A stretch of DNA of 64,000 nucleotides from Camelus ferus. Lineage: Eukaryota. The translations under genes and the position numbers were made by a program. The notes under the pieces are model-generated. The model was not told where the DNA came from and made no database searches. It saw only the letters and a list, made by a program, of their open reading frames with translations. This document shows, in pieces, positions 39,362 through 52,264 of this stretch; the first letter of the stretch is position 1, and each line of letters starts with the position of its first letter. The stretch covers positions 29,142,001 through 29,206,000 of the forward strand of contig NC_045696.1 in NCBI RefSeq assembly GCF_009834535.1. The letters run 5' to 3'.

Positions 39362-39892
39362 TGTATGGCTGGAACAGTAAAGACCTCTTAAAATACCCTC
39401 ATCTTAATTCACAGAACCTGTGAATATGTTACTTTGTAAGGCAAAGGAGAATTTAAGGTTGCAAATGAAATAAAGTTTGCCAATCAACTAACCTTCAAAT
39501 AGGGAGATCATCCTTTATTATCTGGGTAGGTCCAACATATCCTTTATTATCTTGGTAGGATCTTAAACATGGAAGATAGATGTAGAAGAGGAGAGTCAGA
39601 GAAAGAGATATGACAATGAAATCAGGGTCAGAAGACGCTATGTGAAAGAGGAAGCAGAAGGGCCACCAGATGAGAAATGTGGATAGCCTCTGTAGATGGG
39701 AAAAGACAAGGAAATGGATCTCCCCTAGAGTCTCCCTCCAGAAAGAATGCAGCCCTGTTAACACCTTGATTTTAGACCAGTGAATCTTGTGTTGGACTTT
39801 TAACCTAAAGAACTGTAAGATACTAAATTTGTGCCATTGTAAGCCATAAAATCTGTGATTATTTGTTACAGCACCCCTAGAAAACTAATATA
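39362..39892 (+). mobile_element. MaLR solo LTR (MLT1D/E-like)
   Basis: GAACCTGTGAATATGTTACTTTG...GGGAGATCATCCTTTATTATCTGGGTAGG...ATTTGTTACAGCACCCCTAGAAAACTAATATA. Confidence 0.85.
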
Positions 39893-41504
39893 ACTGTATT
39901 TGGAAAGGCACTAATTTGGTGGGAACACATTAAATAAAGGTCAATAACGTTTAAATTGGGTTGTATATTTAGAAGTTAAGTGTATATTAAATGATCGTTA
40001 AACTATTTAACAAGGAAACTGAAAACATTAAGAGACTACAGAATTATGTTTTTTTAGTACTCCTCCAAATCATGTTTCAAGACTATGAGATGAATGCCCA
40101 TACATATGAAATCATAATATATATGCCCATATCATATGCATGTAATGTATACACACACACACACACGGAGCACACACACACAAAAACACACACACATACA
40201 CATATTAACTGCATCCAGTTGAAAAACATAGGCTTATATTCAGGAGTAAAACTCTACCTTTAACAAAGTGAAAACATACGTATAGGCTGTAGCAACACTG
40301 TTTAACATCCAAATGAGATAAAGGGTCTTTTCAGAGGATTTTCAGGTTTTTTTTTAAAAAAAATTAGGTTTTTTTTGTTTTGTTTTGTTTTTTGGTAATT
40401 CAGAGCTTTTGTTCAATATTTAAATGTTTCCTAAGTGGTTTTATAGCCCAACTATAATCTTTCAAAATAACCATTAATTTCTCTCTTTTTTAAAATGTGT
40501 GATTCCTACTCCACTTCCTATTTTAGATTGTGGTGATGCTCTCCACTCACGCATTAAGTTTGAAGATAGAGCCTCCTAACCTCTTCCCTCTTTATATTGT
40601 TCATGTCTAGTTTATCAGCAAGCATTGCTTATTTCTCCAAAAACATCAACAGCAAACTCATCCTCGAATATATTTTCTTCTCCATTTTTATTCCCTTATA
40701 GTTCACATCTATAGCATCACTCTCCTGAGCTGTAATTATAAACTCTCAATTTATTTGCTGATCCATTATATTTTATTCCATCACCTCTCTTCTGCCTCCT
40801 CTTATCCATTGTCCACATTTCAGTCAAAGGTCTATTTGTGAAAGATAAACCTGATCAAACCATGATAATTCTAAATTTTTTTATCAGTTCTCTTAATCAT
40901 CTGAACCAATATTTCAATTTCATGGGCCAACTTATTATGTTATATATAAACATATAAATTAACTGAGGAACAAACATAGCATTGTTAATACATCGTTTTG
41001 TTGAGTAAAAAGTAAAAACTTCCATTCACTAATGACATTATTTTGTAAAAGAAGGAAATTATAAAATCAATATGTGGGAATAACAAAATCTCAGAATATG
41101 AAATACTCTCCAAGAGAGTACACAGTGAATGTTCATGGATATGTATGAAAACAAAAAGACAAAGTAGAAATAGGACAAAAAGAAGGAAGAAATAAATGAA
41201 GGAAGGGACAAAAAGAACAAATTTAAAATGTTAGCATATTGAGAAGGATACGTGTGACTCCAAAATCACCAAAAAACAATGTAGAACTCTATTAAAATTT
41301 CTTATTGATGCAACATGTTTGTGTGATTGAGAGATGGTGTATTTGTTTGTATGAGAGATTGACATTGTCAACAACTTGCTTTGTCCGACTTCTCTTGCAC
41401 TCTCTCTTCCTCTACTTTAAACGAAGCTGCCTTAGATCACCCAATCACTTTATTGCGTCGATGACTTAGATTTTATTATTTCCCATTGTCACTTCTTCTC
41501 TGAT

Positions 41505-41617
41505 CAGAAAAACAAAAGAACAAAAGAAGAGATAAAGAAAGGGAGAGAGGGAAGGAAAGAGAGAGGAGAGAGAGAGAGGAAAAAAGAACGAAAGAAAGAA
41601 AGAAAGAAAGAAGGAAA
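41505..41617. repeat. GA/GAAA-rich low-complexity tract
   Basis: Directly visible. Confidence 0.9.
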
Positions 41618-42823
41618 ATTTTTTGAAAAATCCACACTTGCAGAAGTTTGCATTGAGATGAGAGGGTGAGATCTAAAGACTCTACATATGGATATTTTTT
41701 GGATCACAAATTGTTATATTGATAGGCATTGGTTAGTTCTGGAAGATACATTTAAAAGGTCTAACAGAGAGTGTATGTCTAATTTGTCTCATTACTGTTT
41801 TGACGCTGTCAAAAATTTGGGGCCAGGCATTATCTGGAGCTGCACAGTTCTGGGGTCTGATTCATCAACATGGAGCTGTGAGGAATTTAAATGAAAACCA
41901 TCAGGACTAAGGATTTAGATCCACATCAGGGAGCTCACTACCTTTCTCTCTGCTTAGAAAAGAGGGTGAAAGTTGATCTATGGTACTTCTTTTGAAGCTG
42001 CATTTGTATATCAAACATAGTTTTTCACTTATGCTTATGTGAGGAGGCTTCCCTGTAGGGTCCAAGCCTTGGCACAGTTAACAAATCTCTGGAAGAAAAT
42101 CCAAAATCCTTATCATCTGCCACCTTTCCTTCTTCAACCATCTTCCCTACAGCCACTCTATTCCACACCACGATCCTCCCCACCACCACATGCTGTGCTC
42201 TTTATTGTCTCTTGACTTTCGTATTATTTCCTTTGCTTAAAAAGCCCTTGGCGCTCACCCACATTGTATGGTTATTTTAAATGTAATATGAACCATACTG
42301 TAATTTCATTATATGTAATTACTTATAGTCTGTCTCCTCCCTGGAGTGTGGGTTCCTTCTGTGTTGTGCTTCTCTAGATAGTGCTTCACCATCAACTGTA
42401 ACATGAAAGAACCCTATCATAATAGAATATCTCAAAATGGCATTTACCTTCATTTTTATTTGAAGACTTTTTAGTAGATTTAGCCTGGCCGCTCACGGTT
42501 ATATATGCTTTATTATGAAGTGTGGGGCCTAAAGCTGACTGCTATTCTGCAGTGCTAATGATTCCTGGTTAGCTGTCCCCCTGGGAAGATACAATAATTA
42601 ACAATGGTGCCTGGAGAGCCTGATTCCCAGTATACACACTGGCACATACGTTTTCCATAACTATGTCTAATCACTCAGTTAATTGAATAGAAAAACCACA
42701 AGTTTTTATTTCTGTAGAGTCCTACAACATAGTATTCTTCAAGATTAATTTTTTTGTCTTTCTCATTGCAACCATCACCTGGCTCCATCTCAGAATCAAC
42801 CTAACTTACTTGGGTTTTATCAC

Positions 42824-43287
42824 TGTAGCAGTCTAAAAAGTTGCCCCCCAAAAATATCTACATCAAATCCATGAAATCTGTGCATGTTACCTTATTTGAA
42901 AAAAGGGTCTTTGCAGAGTGATTGTCAAGAATCTTGAGATGAGGTGATCCTTTATTATCCAGGTAGGCCTTAAATCCAATGACAAGTGTCCATATAAGAG
43001 AAAGGATGAGGGAGATTTAAGATAGACAGAAGAGAAAATATAAAGAGAAGGAAATGTGAAAAAAGAGGCAAGATTGGAGTGACCAATCACAGGAAATGCC
43101 AACAGCCACCAGAAGCCTGAAGAAGGAAGAAATGGAATCTCCCCTAAAGCCTCTAGAAGGAGCATGGACTTGCCAGTACCTCTATTTTGGATGTCTGGCC
43201 TCCAGAATTGTGACGGAATACATTGCTGCTGTTCTGAGCTATCAAATCTGTGATAATTTGTTACAGCAGCCATAGGAAACTAATACA
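42824..43287 (+). mobile_element. MaLR solo LTR (MLT1C-like)
   Basis: TGTAG...ATGTTACCTTATTTGAAAAAAGGGTCTTTGCAG...TAAATCCAATGACAAGTGTCC...TTTGTTACAGCAGCCATAGGAAACTAATACA. Confidence 0.88.
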
Positions 43288-45559
43288 CTGCTGAAAGATA
43301 CAACCCCCCCCCAAACACACAGGCATCACCATCACCACTTTCCTGCTTCATATTCCATCACAGCATTAATCACATTCTAAAATACCATGTATTTGATTTA
43401 TTTATCTTGTTCAGCTTCTGTCAAGTTAGAATGTAACAAAGCTGTAGGTATGCATTTTTCTTAAGTGAAATAATACAGCAAAACATACCAAAAGATATAC
43501 TTTACTTCCCAAATAATAAAAAATAAAAAGTAATTATTATATTTGATTTGCTCTGATGTAAAAGTGAGGTACCACTTATTCATTATTGGCTCCTAATTCC
43601 AACAAATTCCATCTTTAAAATAATATAATTAATGTTAGTGATGAAAAAGAAAATGAAATAAAAGGCAGATTATTCATTTGGTGAGGGGAATAGATAGTTA
43701 TATGGGATAGCAGAGTCTAAAAGTGGTACTTAGAATCCATAAGGTAGTCAATTTATCACTGTCAAATTTGATATTTGCATGTCATGGAAAAGAACATAAG
43801 CTCTTGCTGCTTTCAACTAAGAAAACCCTCTAAATGAATCAAGAAAACACAAAATATATCAGCAAGTATATTATGCATCATTAAAAACACTGCAAGTTTG
43901 AAGGGATTTTATTGATCAATGATAAAAATATACTTTGTTTCTGTAAGACATTCAATTAAATAATGAAATATTTGTGATATATAATAAAGATATTTAGAAA
44001 AATACTTAGAATACTGAAGTTTTATGCACGTATCTGAAAACCCTAGTGTAGTCTGTGAAAACACTCTTTATGCTCATTACTAGAGATATGATGTAAATCA
44101 TTTTTTCCACTTAATCAGATAAATTCAATTTATTTGGCAACAAAAGGAGAATTTAAGATATGGCAGAAAAGGATATCTCTTGGAAGATAATATAAATAGC
44201 TAAAAATAACTTTGCAATATCCATTTTATGTTAAAATATACATATCACTCTATAAGAAAGCCAATAAAAACATAAAATCTATTATTCTATAATTTGTTGT
44301 TCTGTTTGTTCAAAAGTAAGTGTAGTGTTCAAGATCATATTTTAAATAATCAATAAAATATAGATATTTTAAAATAAAATCTCTCTACGCACACACTCAT
44401 CTACAGTTAAATAATATTCAAAACACTACTTTGTAAAATGCCTCTATGTGCAGGCAAAATAATTAAGTTGATATTAAGATTTTAATTTTAATGGTAAATA
44501 AATAAATAATGTATTATAACCAGCATGCAGCACAAATAAAATACATGAAAAATAATTTGGTATGATAGTTTTCCCCAAAGACATAAGGGTAAAAGCATCT
44601 ATTTATTTCACCCACTATTGACTAGAAATTTTTGAAACTTTTTCTAAGCAGGAGTAACTGTGAGGTTTAAGTGTGTATACAGAGACACACACAGACACAC
44701 ACAGAAACACATACACTCCTTTTCTGTTGATATTAAGGTCTCTTGAAAAATTTTTATTATTTTCAATACATTTCTGACTTTATAGTTTTAAATCTAGGAC
44801 AGTTGAACAGAAAGTAGTAGAATATCACCTGCTACTTTTAAAGAATGATAAGTATAAATGGAATTCTTGGTAAACTCCAAATTATCATGTTAAAATCCAA
44901 CTTTATTCTTTTCTTTTATTACAAAGGAAATATAGGTTTATATTCCAAGATTCACTAAAGCCATCAGACTATTTTTAGACTTTCTAATCAAAACTGATAC
45001 ATCGATAAAACATGTCCCTTGACAAAATAAAAGTTCATGCTATAACTCCAATTTTAGATATTTGATTTCGTGAATATGTATGATTCATCAAAACGTCAAA
45101 ACGTACATTTCAAGGCATTTATCTGAATATCTACAAGAACTGATAACAAAAGGATATACACTAATACTGATTTTTTAAAAGACATTTGAAACATAACATG
45201 GTAACAATTCTGGGAATAAATCAGATAGATCTTAGGAATAACAACGTGACCTACAATTAAGAATCAGATGCTTACACCTAAGTTTCACTAATATAATATA
45301 ATTTATTTTGCTGTTATGATAAAACATGTAAATTCATGATTTTGTTACTTTCTAAGATCCAATTGCTAGCCAATGTTATTTATCTAAAAAAGTCTTGAGT
45401 AATAATTATGCAACACAAATGTCTTCAGCCGGGGCTTCCCTTCTAGATTAAAGAGCTACATACCTACCATATATATTAGCTTAGATGCTCACCAAATTTC
45501 AAAAGTCAACATAAACGAACCCAATGTGTCCCCTGTGGCTCCAGTTCGTTCTTCATTTA

Positions 45560-45680
45560 GTACATTCATTAATATTTATGGATCACATACTATATGCCAG
45601 GTATTATTCTGGGAACTTGTGACACATCAGTGAACAAAACAGATGAAAATCCCTGTCTTCTTGGAATTTACATTCTAGAG
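45560..45680 (-). mobile_element. L2 3' tail
   Basis: ATTCATTAATATTTATGG...TACTATATGCCAGG...CAGTGAACAAAACAGA...TTTACATTCTAG. Confidence 0.8.
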
Positions 45681-46799
45681 ATCAATGCAGTGCCCCAAAC
45701 ATCTGAATATTAATCATGATTCTGCTATTCTCTCACCCTAACACCCCATAAATAACCAAGCCTTTCTATGCTACCATTAAAAGAATCCTCTCAATTTCAT
45801 CCAATATTCTGCATTTGATACTACCCAAGTCTAAGCTGGAATAATTTCTCTCCACAGCTATTGCCATCTCTTCTAACTTTTCTTTCAGTTAGCTCCCTTC
45901 ATCTCATTCATTTTCCACATATCAAGAGACATCTCTATAAAATTAATGTTGTTTACCTGCATAAAATTCTTCAGTGCAATGAGAATTCCACTGCTGTCTA
46001 AAGGAGGCAGTAGATCATTGTTCCTGTGGAAAGAAGGAAAAAAAGAAATTAATGGATTAAAATTTTGTACATTTAATATGGAATATCAGAGGGTGGTAAA
46101 TTCAAGACACTCTTGAAGAAATGAACGTAAGGAAGAATGAAAAATTCCTCAATGAACAGAGAATGATATGGTAGTCATCATACCAAAGGCAAGCACCTGA
46201 TCTGGGCACCAACAAAGACTAAGAGAAATCAGATAAACTTCATCAACACTGTTGTCAGGTGTAATAAATTAGAAAGTGGAAAAGCCCATATGAAAAATAA
46301 ATCATTATTAAAGTCAATATTTCTTTGACTCTGCCTCTCCCAGAAATTTGCTGAGAGAGGGGCACTTGATGAAGGTCTGGAAAAACAGAAAATTCATACA
46401 ACCCCACGTATCATGTGGTACTTGGATTCCAGGGTATTTCCTTAAATTAAGCACAGTGGTAAAACAAAAGCATCTAAAACTATGATCCTACTACAATACC
46501 AACTCAAATACTGATAATATCAAAACAATCAGAGCCACAGTGGTGGCAACACAACAGATTGGGTACTGGTTTCGATAAACTCAATCCAATTAAAGGTGGG
46601 GCCCAACCCTAGCTAATATCAGTGCTTGAAAGAATCTTAAAAAATCAGTCTCATATCCTAATGCCACATAAAAGAAATGGCTTACACTTTTAGGTTTGAG
46701 GGTGTTGGGATGTTTTGTGTCTGGAGTCATTGTTTGTTTTGTTTAGTTTTGTTCTTTAATCACAATAAAAACACAATAAAAAAAAAGATATGAGGTATG

Positions 46800-48040
46800 C
46801 AAGAAGCAGGAAATCATATTCATAATTTTAAAAAATCTAATAGAACTGGACCTACAAGTCAACCATTTATTGGTCATAGAAAGGACTTTAATATAATCAT
46901 TATACATCTGTTTAAGAAAATACATAATATAATGAGTGAAGAGTTGGAAAAGATAAATTGAACTTCCAACGAGAATAAAAAATAAATTCTAGAACCAAAA
47001 AAAAAAAAATTTGAACCATCAAACATACTGGATTGGCACTTCAGAGGGATAACTGAACATGCAGACAGTGATAAGAAATAAACATATTTTTAGATGATTA
47101 GTTATCTAGTTTTCAAGCTTGAGAGTAAAAGATGAACATTAAAATCAAAGTAAATAAAATAATGAAAATAAAAGTAGAAATTAATTAAATAACAGTCAAA
47201 CAATGGAGAAGACCAACCACGGAAAAAGTTTGATTTTTAGAAGGTTTAAAAAGCTACTAAGGTCCTAGGAAGACTGGGGAAGTGAAAAAGGGAAAATGAA
47301 AGCTATCAATAAAGAAATAGCAGAAACTATCAATATCATGGGCACATTACTACAGATCTTACAGACCACAATAGGATAATGATGGAATGTTATAAACAAC
47401 TTGAGATCGACAGATTTAATAAAATAAAATGGCCAAATTCTCATAAAAACAAAATTTAAAAAAAAACTCACAACTTGACTACCACTTTAAGGAGCCCTGA
47501 AGAGAAACAATAAATCCAAAAATGGCAGCAGAGCACTGCGTGCAGTCCTTGTTTAGAGACAGGGGACTCTTGCACAGTGGCCCAGGCCAAGAAAAAGGAC
47601 AGGTTTCAGAAATCACATCCCCTTCTCATCAAAATGTTAGCTTTTTAAGTTTTTGCAGATGTAAACTCTAAAAGAAAAAAAATGGCTGCCTTCTGCTGCT
47701 ATGTGGTAAAACTTGTGCAGAGCACTCGTGTTTCTGTGGACATCACAACTGAGAACCATTCCAGCCACAAAAACTGAGCCAGAAAAAATTTTTTAATTGC
47801 TGAAACATTATTAAACAAAGCATTTTCAAAAAAAAAATCTGAACCAAGACCTTAATAATCCTTTATCTCTTTGAGAAGAGAGCTAATTAAAAATATCCCC
47901 AAAAAGAAGGCTGCAAGCCCAGATGACTTTAATGCTAAATTTTATTCAATATTTAAGGAAAAAAAAACCTTTCATATCTGTTTTATGAGGATAGAATGAC
48001 CGTGATATCACAACTTAACAAAGATAATACAAGAAAATAT
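46800..48040 (+). mobile_element. Old LINE-1 ORF1/ORF2 fragments, interrupted at ~47473-47837
   Basis: ORF2 linker motifs (CATTACTACAGATCTTACAGAC, AAATGGCCAAATTC, GCAAGCCCAGATGACTTTAATGCTAAATTTTATTCAATATTTAAGGAA, TTTTATGAGG). Confidence 0.75.
47473..47837 (+). other. Non-L1 insert in L1 ORF2; candidate retrocopy of an mRNA 3' end
   Basis: Unique sequence interrupting colinear L1 ORF2; ends ATTAAA + 12 nt + A10. Parent gene not recognised. Confidence 0.45.
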
Positions 48041-48044
48041 GGCA

Positions 48045-48990
48045 GGACATCAACAAGATGAAACAATAGGAGGTCCCAGGATCACAGTCCCTTCAACAGA
48101 AGTAATTTGGTAGCAATCCACAGACAAAAGTGCTTTTGTAGCATTTGGAGATCCAGGGAGGAGACTGTGACCCCAGGTGGAGATATAACCAAGTAGGGTG
48201 GTATTGAGAAGGCAGGCCTGTGCCAGTATAGCAGACTCACTGATCATGGTCCCCCAACAGACCCAGAAAGAGCCATGCCCCTCTATGGATTGGCTGTAGA
48301 CCCATTTGGCCTTGGTCCTGCCACCAGCATCATTGCCTGAGGGACCTGGCAAGAGTCATTCTCGTCCAGGTCCTAAGTAACAGACCCTCTGACCTTGGAC
48401 TCCTCTGTGAATACTGAAGTAGTCCTGAGACTGGGTTCCAGCACATCTCAGCTGTTGTCCAGGACCCATGCTATCCCAGGGACCCGTCCCAGGGACTCAG
48501 AGGGAGTCACACCCATCCACATACCAGCTAACAGGCCATCATCCAAGATTCTAAAGCAAACCCTTGTCTCGGTGCCAGCCCTACTGAGCAAGATCCAGGA
48601 GGCAGTTTTATTCACCAAAGGACCAAACAGAATCCAAGCCCACCTTAGCCCTACTAACAGGCCAGCCATGGGCTGCCCTGCAGACCTGCAGCAGCCAGGT
48701 GACTGGCCTCCAAAGTTTACAGTAATAAATACCTACCTTAATAAAAAAGAAAGATCACAAATAAACACCTGATTTGGCATGTAAAGGAATGAGCAAAGGA
48801 AGAACAAACTAAGCTCAAAATTAGCAAAAGGAAGGAAATAGTAAAGTTAAAGCAGAAATTAATGCAACAGAAACTAAAATGACAATAGAAAAGAGCAACA
48901 AAACTAACAGATGTTCGAAAATACTAACAAAATAGACAAACTTTTAGCTAAGCTATCCAAGAAAAAAAAAAGAGAGAAAACAAAAATAAA
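48045..48990 (+). mobile_element. LINE-1 5' UTR fragment joined to an ORF2 fragment
   Basis: GACATCAACAAGATGAAACAATAGGAGGTCCC 5' end and GC-richer UTR, then from ~48712 KFTVINTYLNKKERSQIN...KIDKLLAKL (ORF2). Confidence 0.75.
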
Positions 48991-48994
48991 TACT

Positions 48995-51335
48995 TAAGTA
49001 CTTATTGCCATTTAAATTTTTTTTCTGGCTGCTTTTGTTGTTCTTCTCTCTTCTACTCTTCTGTCTCTTCTTTGGTGATTCGATTATTTTTTGAGTGTTA
49101 TGTTTAGATTTCTTTCTCATTTTCTCCTTCTATTTACCATGTTTTTTCTTTGTGGATACCACGAAGTTTGCGTATACCCTTCTGTGTATATAACCACCTC
49201 TTTTAAGTTAATAGTAACTTAATTTTGAACACATTCCAAAGCTTTATATTTTTCTCCATCCTCCACTAAGTTTTATATTTTGATGACACCTTTTACGTCT
49301 TTTTACTTTATGTATTCTTTAACTAATTATTGTTTTGATTAATTTTATTATCTTCCCTTTTACCCCTTAACTTGCTTTATAAGTGATTGATCACTACATA
49401 TATTATTTATTTACCTTGTCTGATGAGAATATTACTTTCACATGTGTTCTTTCCATCAATTAGTGCTTTTTCTTTGTGGCTTAACATTTATGTAAGGCCA
49501 GTTTAGTGCTGACGAACTCCTTCAATTTTTGCTTATCTGGAAAACTTTTCATCTCTCCTTCAATTCCAAATGCTAACTTTTCCAGGTAGAGAATTTCTGG
49601 TTGGCAGTTTTTTTTTTTCCTTTCAGCACTCTGAATATGTCATACCACTCCCTTCTGGCCTGTAAAGTTTCTGCTAAAAAGAATTGCTGATAGCTGTATG
49701 GGGTTTCTCTTATGCATAATAAATTGGTTTTTTTTTTCTCTTTCTGCCTTTAAGATTCTCTTTTCATCTTTAACTCTTACCATCTTAATTCTAATGTGTC
49801 TTGCTGTGTTTCTCTGTGGGTTCATCTTATTTGGAACTCTACGGGCTCCCTGGATCTGGATGTTTGATCTTCCTTCAGATTAGGGAAGTTTTCAGCCATT
49901 ATTTCTTCAGATAGTTTTCTCTGGCTCTTTCTCTCTCTTGTACTTCTGGGGCCCCTATAATGCAAGTGTTATTCCACTTGATGTTGTCCCAGAGGTCCCT
50001 TAAGGTTTTCGCACTTCTTTTAATTTTTTTATTTTGCTGCTCTAAGTGTTTCCTATTGCTTTGCCTTCCAGCTTGCTGATTTGTGCTTCTATTCCATTTA
50101 TTCTGCTGTTGAAACCCTTGTGTGCATTTTTCAGTTCAGTTATAACTTCTGTTTGGTATCTTCTTATACTTTCCATCTCTCTGTTAAAGTTCTCGCGGTG
50201 TTCATCCATTCTTCTCTCAAGATCAGTGAGCATCCTTATGACTATTACTTTCAAATTTTTGATCGAGTAGGTTGCTTATCTTTGTTCCATTATGCTTTTT
50301 TTTTATTTGACTTGTTTTTTCATTTTAGAATGTATTCCTCTGTCCCCTCATTTTGTCTGCCTGTGTTTGTCTATATGTATTAGGCAAAAATGCCTATATC
50401 TTCTTCAATCTTGAAGGAGTGGGCTTGTGTAGTAACTGTTCCAAGTGGCCCAGGAGTGCAATCTCCCCTGGCCACCAGAGCCAGGCACTCTATGAGCATC
50501 CCTTGTGTGGGCGGTGTGCTTCCAACAGCTGCTGTGTGGGGAGGATAAGGCTCAGGGTGCTCACCCATCCTCGTTGCAGTTCAGTCTCTGTGCAGGTTGG
50601 GTAGGGCTCAGGGGCTTTGCCTGGCCCAGTTACAACTCAGCTGCTAAACTAGATAGACCCTGGGGAGCTCCCTGGCCTGCTTAGCGCCTGGGTGCTATGT
50701 AGGCCAGCAAGGAGGCGGAAGACTCACCCAGTTCTTTTACTGCCCAGGATGAGAAAGGTCCACCCTCCAGTGCTAGCAGGCTAGAGAGAGGGCACCAAAA
50801 ATGGCACCTGTCAGCTCCATCACCAGCAAATTAGGATGAGATTGCAAAAATGGTGTTCACCAGCTCTCCTGTCCCTGGATAAAGTCCCTGCAGATTTCTG
50901 CCTCTCTGGAGGCTGCTTTAGAATTAGTAAGTAGGTCTCCTTCACTTCTGGTATAGGTGCTTTTCCACTTGTTGTTTTTGTGCTGGAACTCAGGGCAAGT
51001 GGATTTGATCATGAGCCCTTTTAGAGCAGAATCTTTGTTTTCTACAGTTACGATTCTCCTGATTTTAATCCCTGTTGATTTTCAAAACTAGTGGTTCTGG
51101 GGGCTTGTCTCCAGTGCCAGCCCCCAGGGTCAGTGTGCCTGATGAGGGGCACAATCCCTTCACTTCTGTGGGGACAGTTCTGTATTTTGGGGGCTCCTCC
51201 CAAGTGTGTTATCAGTGCATCTGAGGTGGGCTGTTGAGCGAGGCATGTCTCTGCCTCTCCAATCCTTCTCCTTGTGTCCCTTTTGTCTTTGTTTTGGAAG
51301 CACCATCTGAGCCTGAATGAGTTTAACTCAATGGT
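48995..51335 (-). mobile_element. LINE-1 5' half: 5' UTR, decayed ORF1, long inter-ORF spacer, ORF2 start
   Basis: ORF1 peptides MKVIVIRMLTDLERRMDEHRENFNREME and NPQRNTARHIRIKMVRVKDEKRILKAERE; ORF2-like ATG GCA ATA AGT at 49011 (-). Confidence 0.88.
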
Positions 51336-51849
51336 ATACAAGGAAAACAAATAAAAACGTCTTCTTTAGCTGTCCCTTTAATTCCAACCTGTAGATCTGT
51401 TCTTTGTTCTCTGCCTACATATGAAATTTCAGACAAGCCTAACTTTTCCTAGATATATTTAGATAACTTTAAAAAATTCTGGTCACTTTCATTCATAGTA
51501 AGTCTCAATTAAATGATACTATTTAACTTTTATCAATTTATTAATTTTCTACTAAATAAAATTATAATTAATTCATTATAATTATTTTATCATTTAGTAA
51601 TTTCCAGCTAATTTAAAGCTTCTCTCTCATCCAGGCTTTTACTACTTTCAACATAGAAGTCAGGACTGGGTAGCCTTTTTCCCCATACCTTGTTCTTCTA
51701 CTTCTCATCTACCTAATATGAGGATGCCTCAAGATCCTCGAGCGTTGGATTAGGGTCAAGAAGAAGACATAAAGGTTGTCTGGCAAGTATAGAATTGGCA
51801 CTAGTTCCTTCTGAATGTGGCACATGGCCCCATGATAATTCATTTCCTC

Positions 51850-52264
51850 CTACTTTGTGAACAGGGTTAATGGAAACTAACAAATGATGGGACAGTACCT
51901 CAGGCAAAAAATGGAAGCTGTTACCACCCCTAAGCCCGAACAGAAAAAAATAAATGTTTACCAGAGCTAGAGAAAGAATTACAGCTGTAGGAAAGAGAGC
52001 TGCTAACAAGAACTGTGATCATCACTAGATAAACTCAACCACTGTTAGAATAGTGGCAAGGTTGAGAGGGAACTAGAGGAACAAATATCCTAAACTCACT
52101 TGACTGCTATCCTGCCAGCCAACTCTAATTAACTGAATCCAATCAGAAGCCAGAGGGCAAGGAAGCCAGCTAGCAGATACTTTGACACAGCCTCTCAGGG
52201 CATATAGAAGGTCAAGAATGATGATAAGCTGATCTGAAAGGGTAAAAGACAAATATCCAGCATA
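51850..52264 (-). mobile_element. ERVL LTR (LTR33/LTR41-like)
   Basis: CCAATCAGAAGCCAGAGGGCAAGGAAGCC...GATCTGAAAGGGTAAAAGACAAATATCCAGCA terminus. Confidence 0.6.

Noticed and set aside
42887..43273. 128-aa ORF
   Set aside because: Entirely within an MLT1 LTR.
48395..48772. 125-aa ORF spanning GC-rich sequence
   Set aside because: Chance read-through of an L1 5' UTR into an ORF2 fragment.
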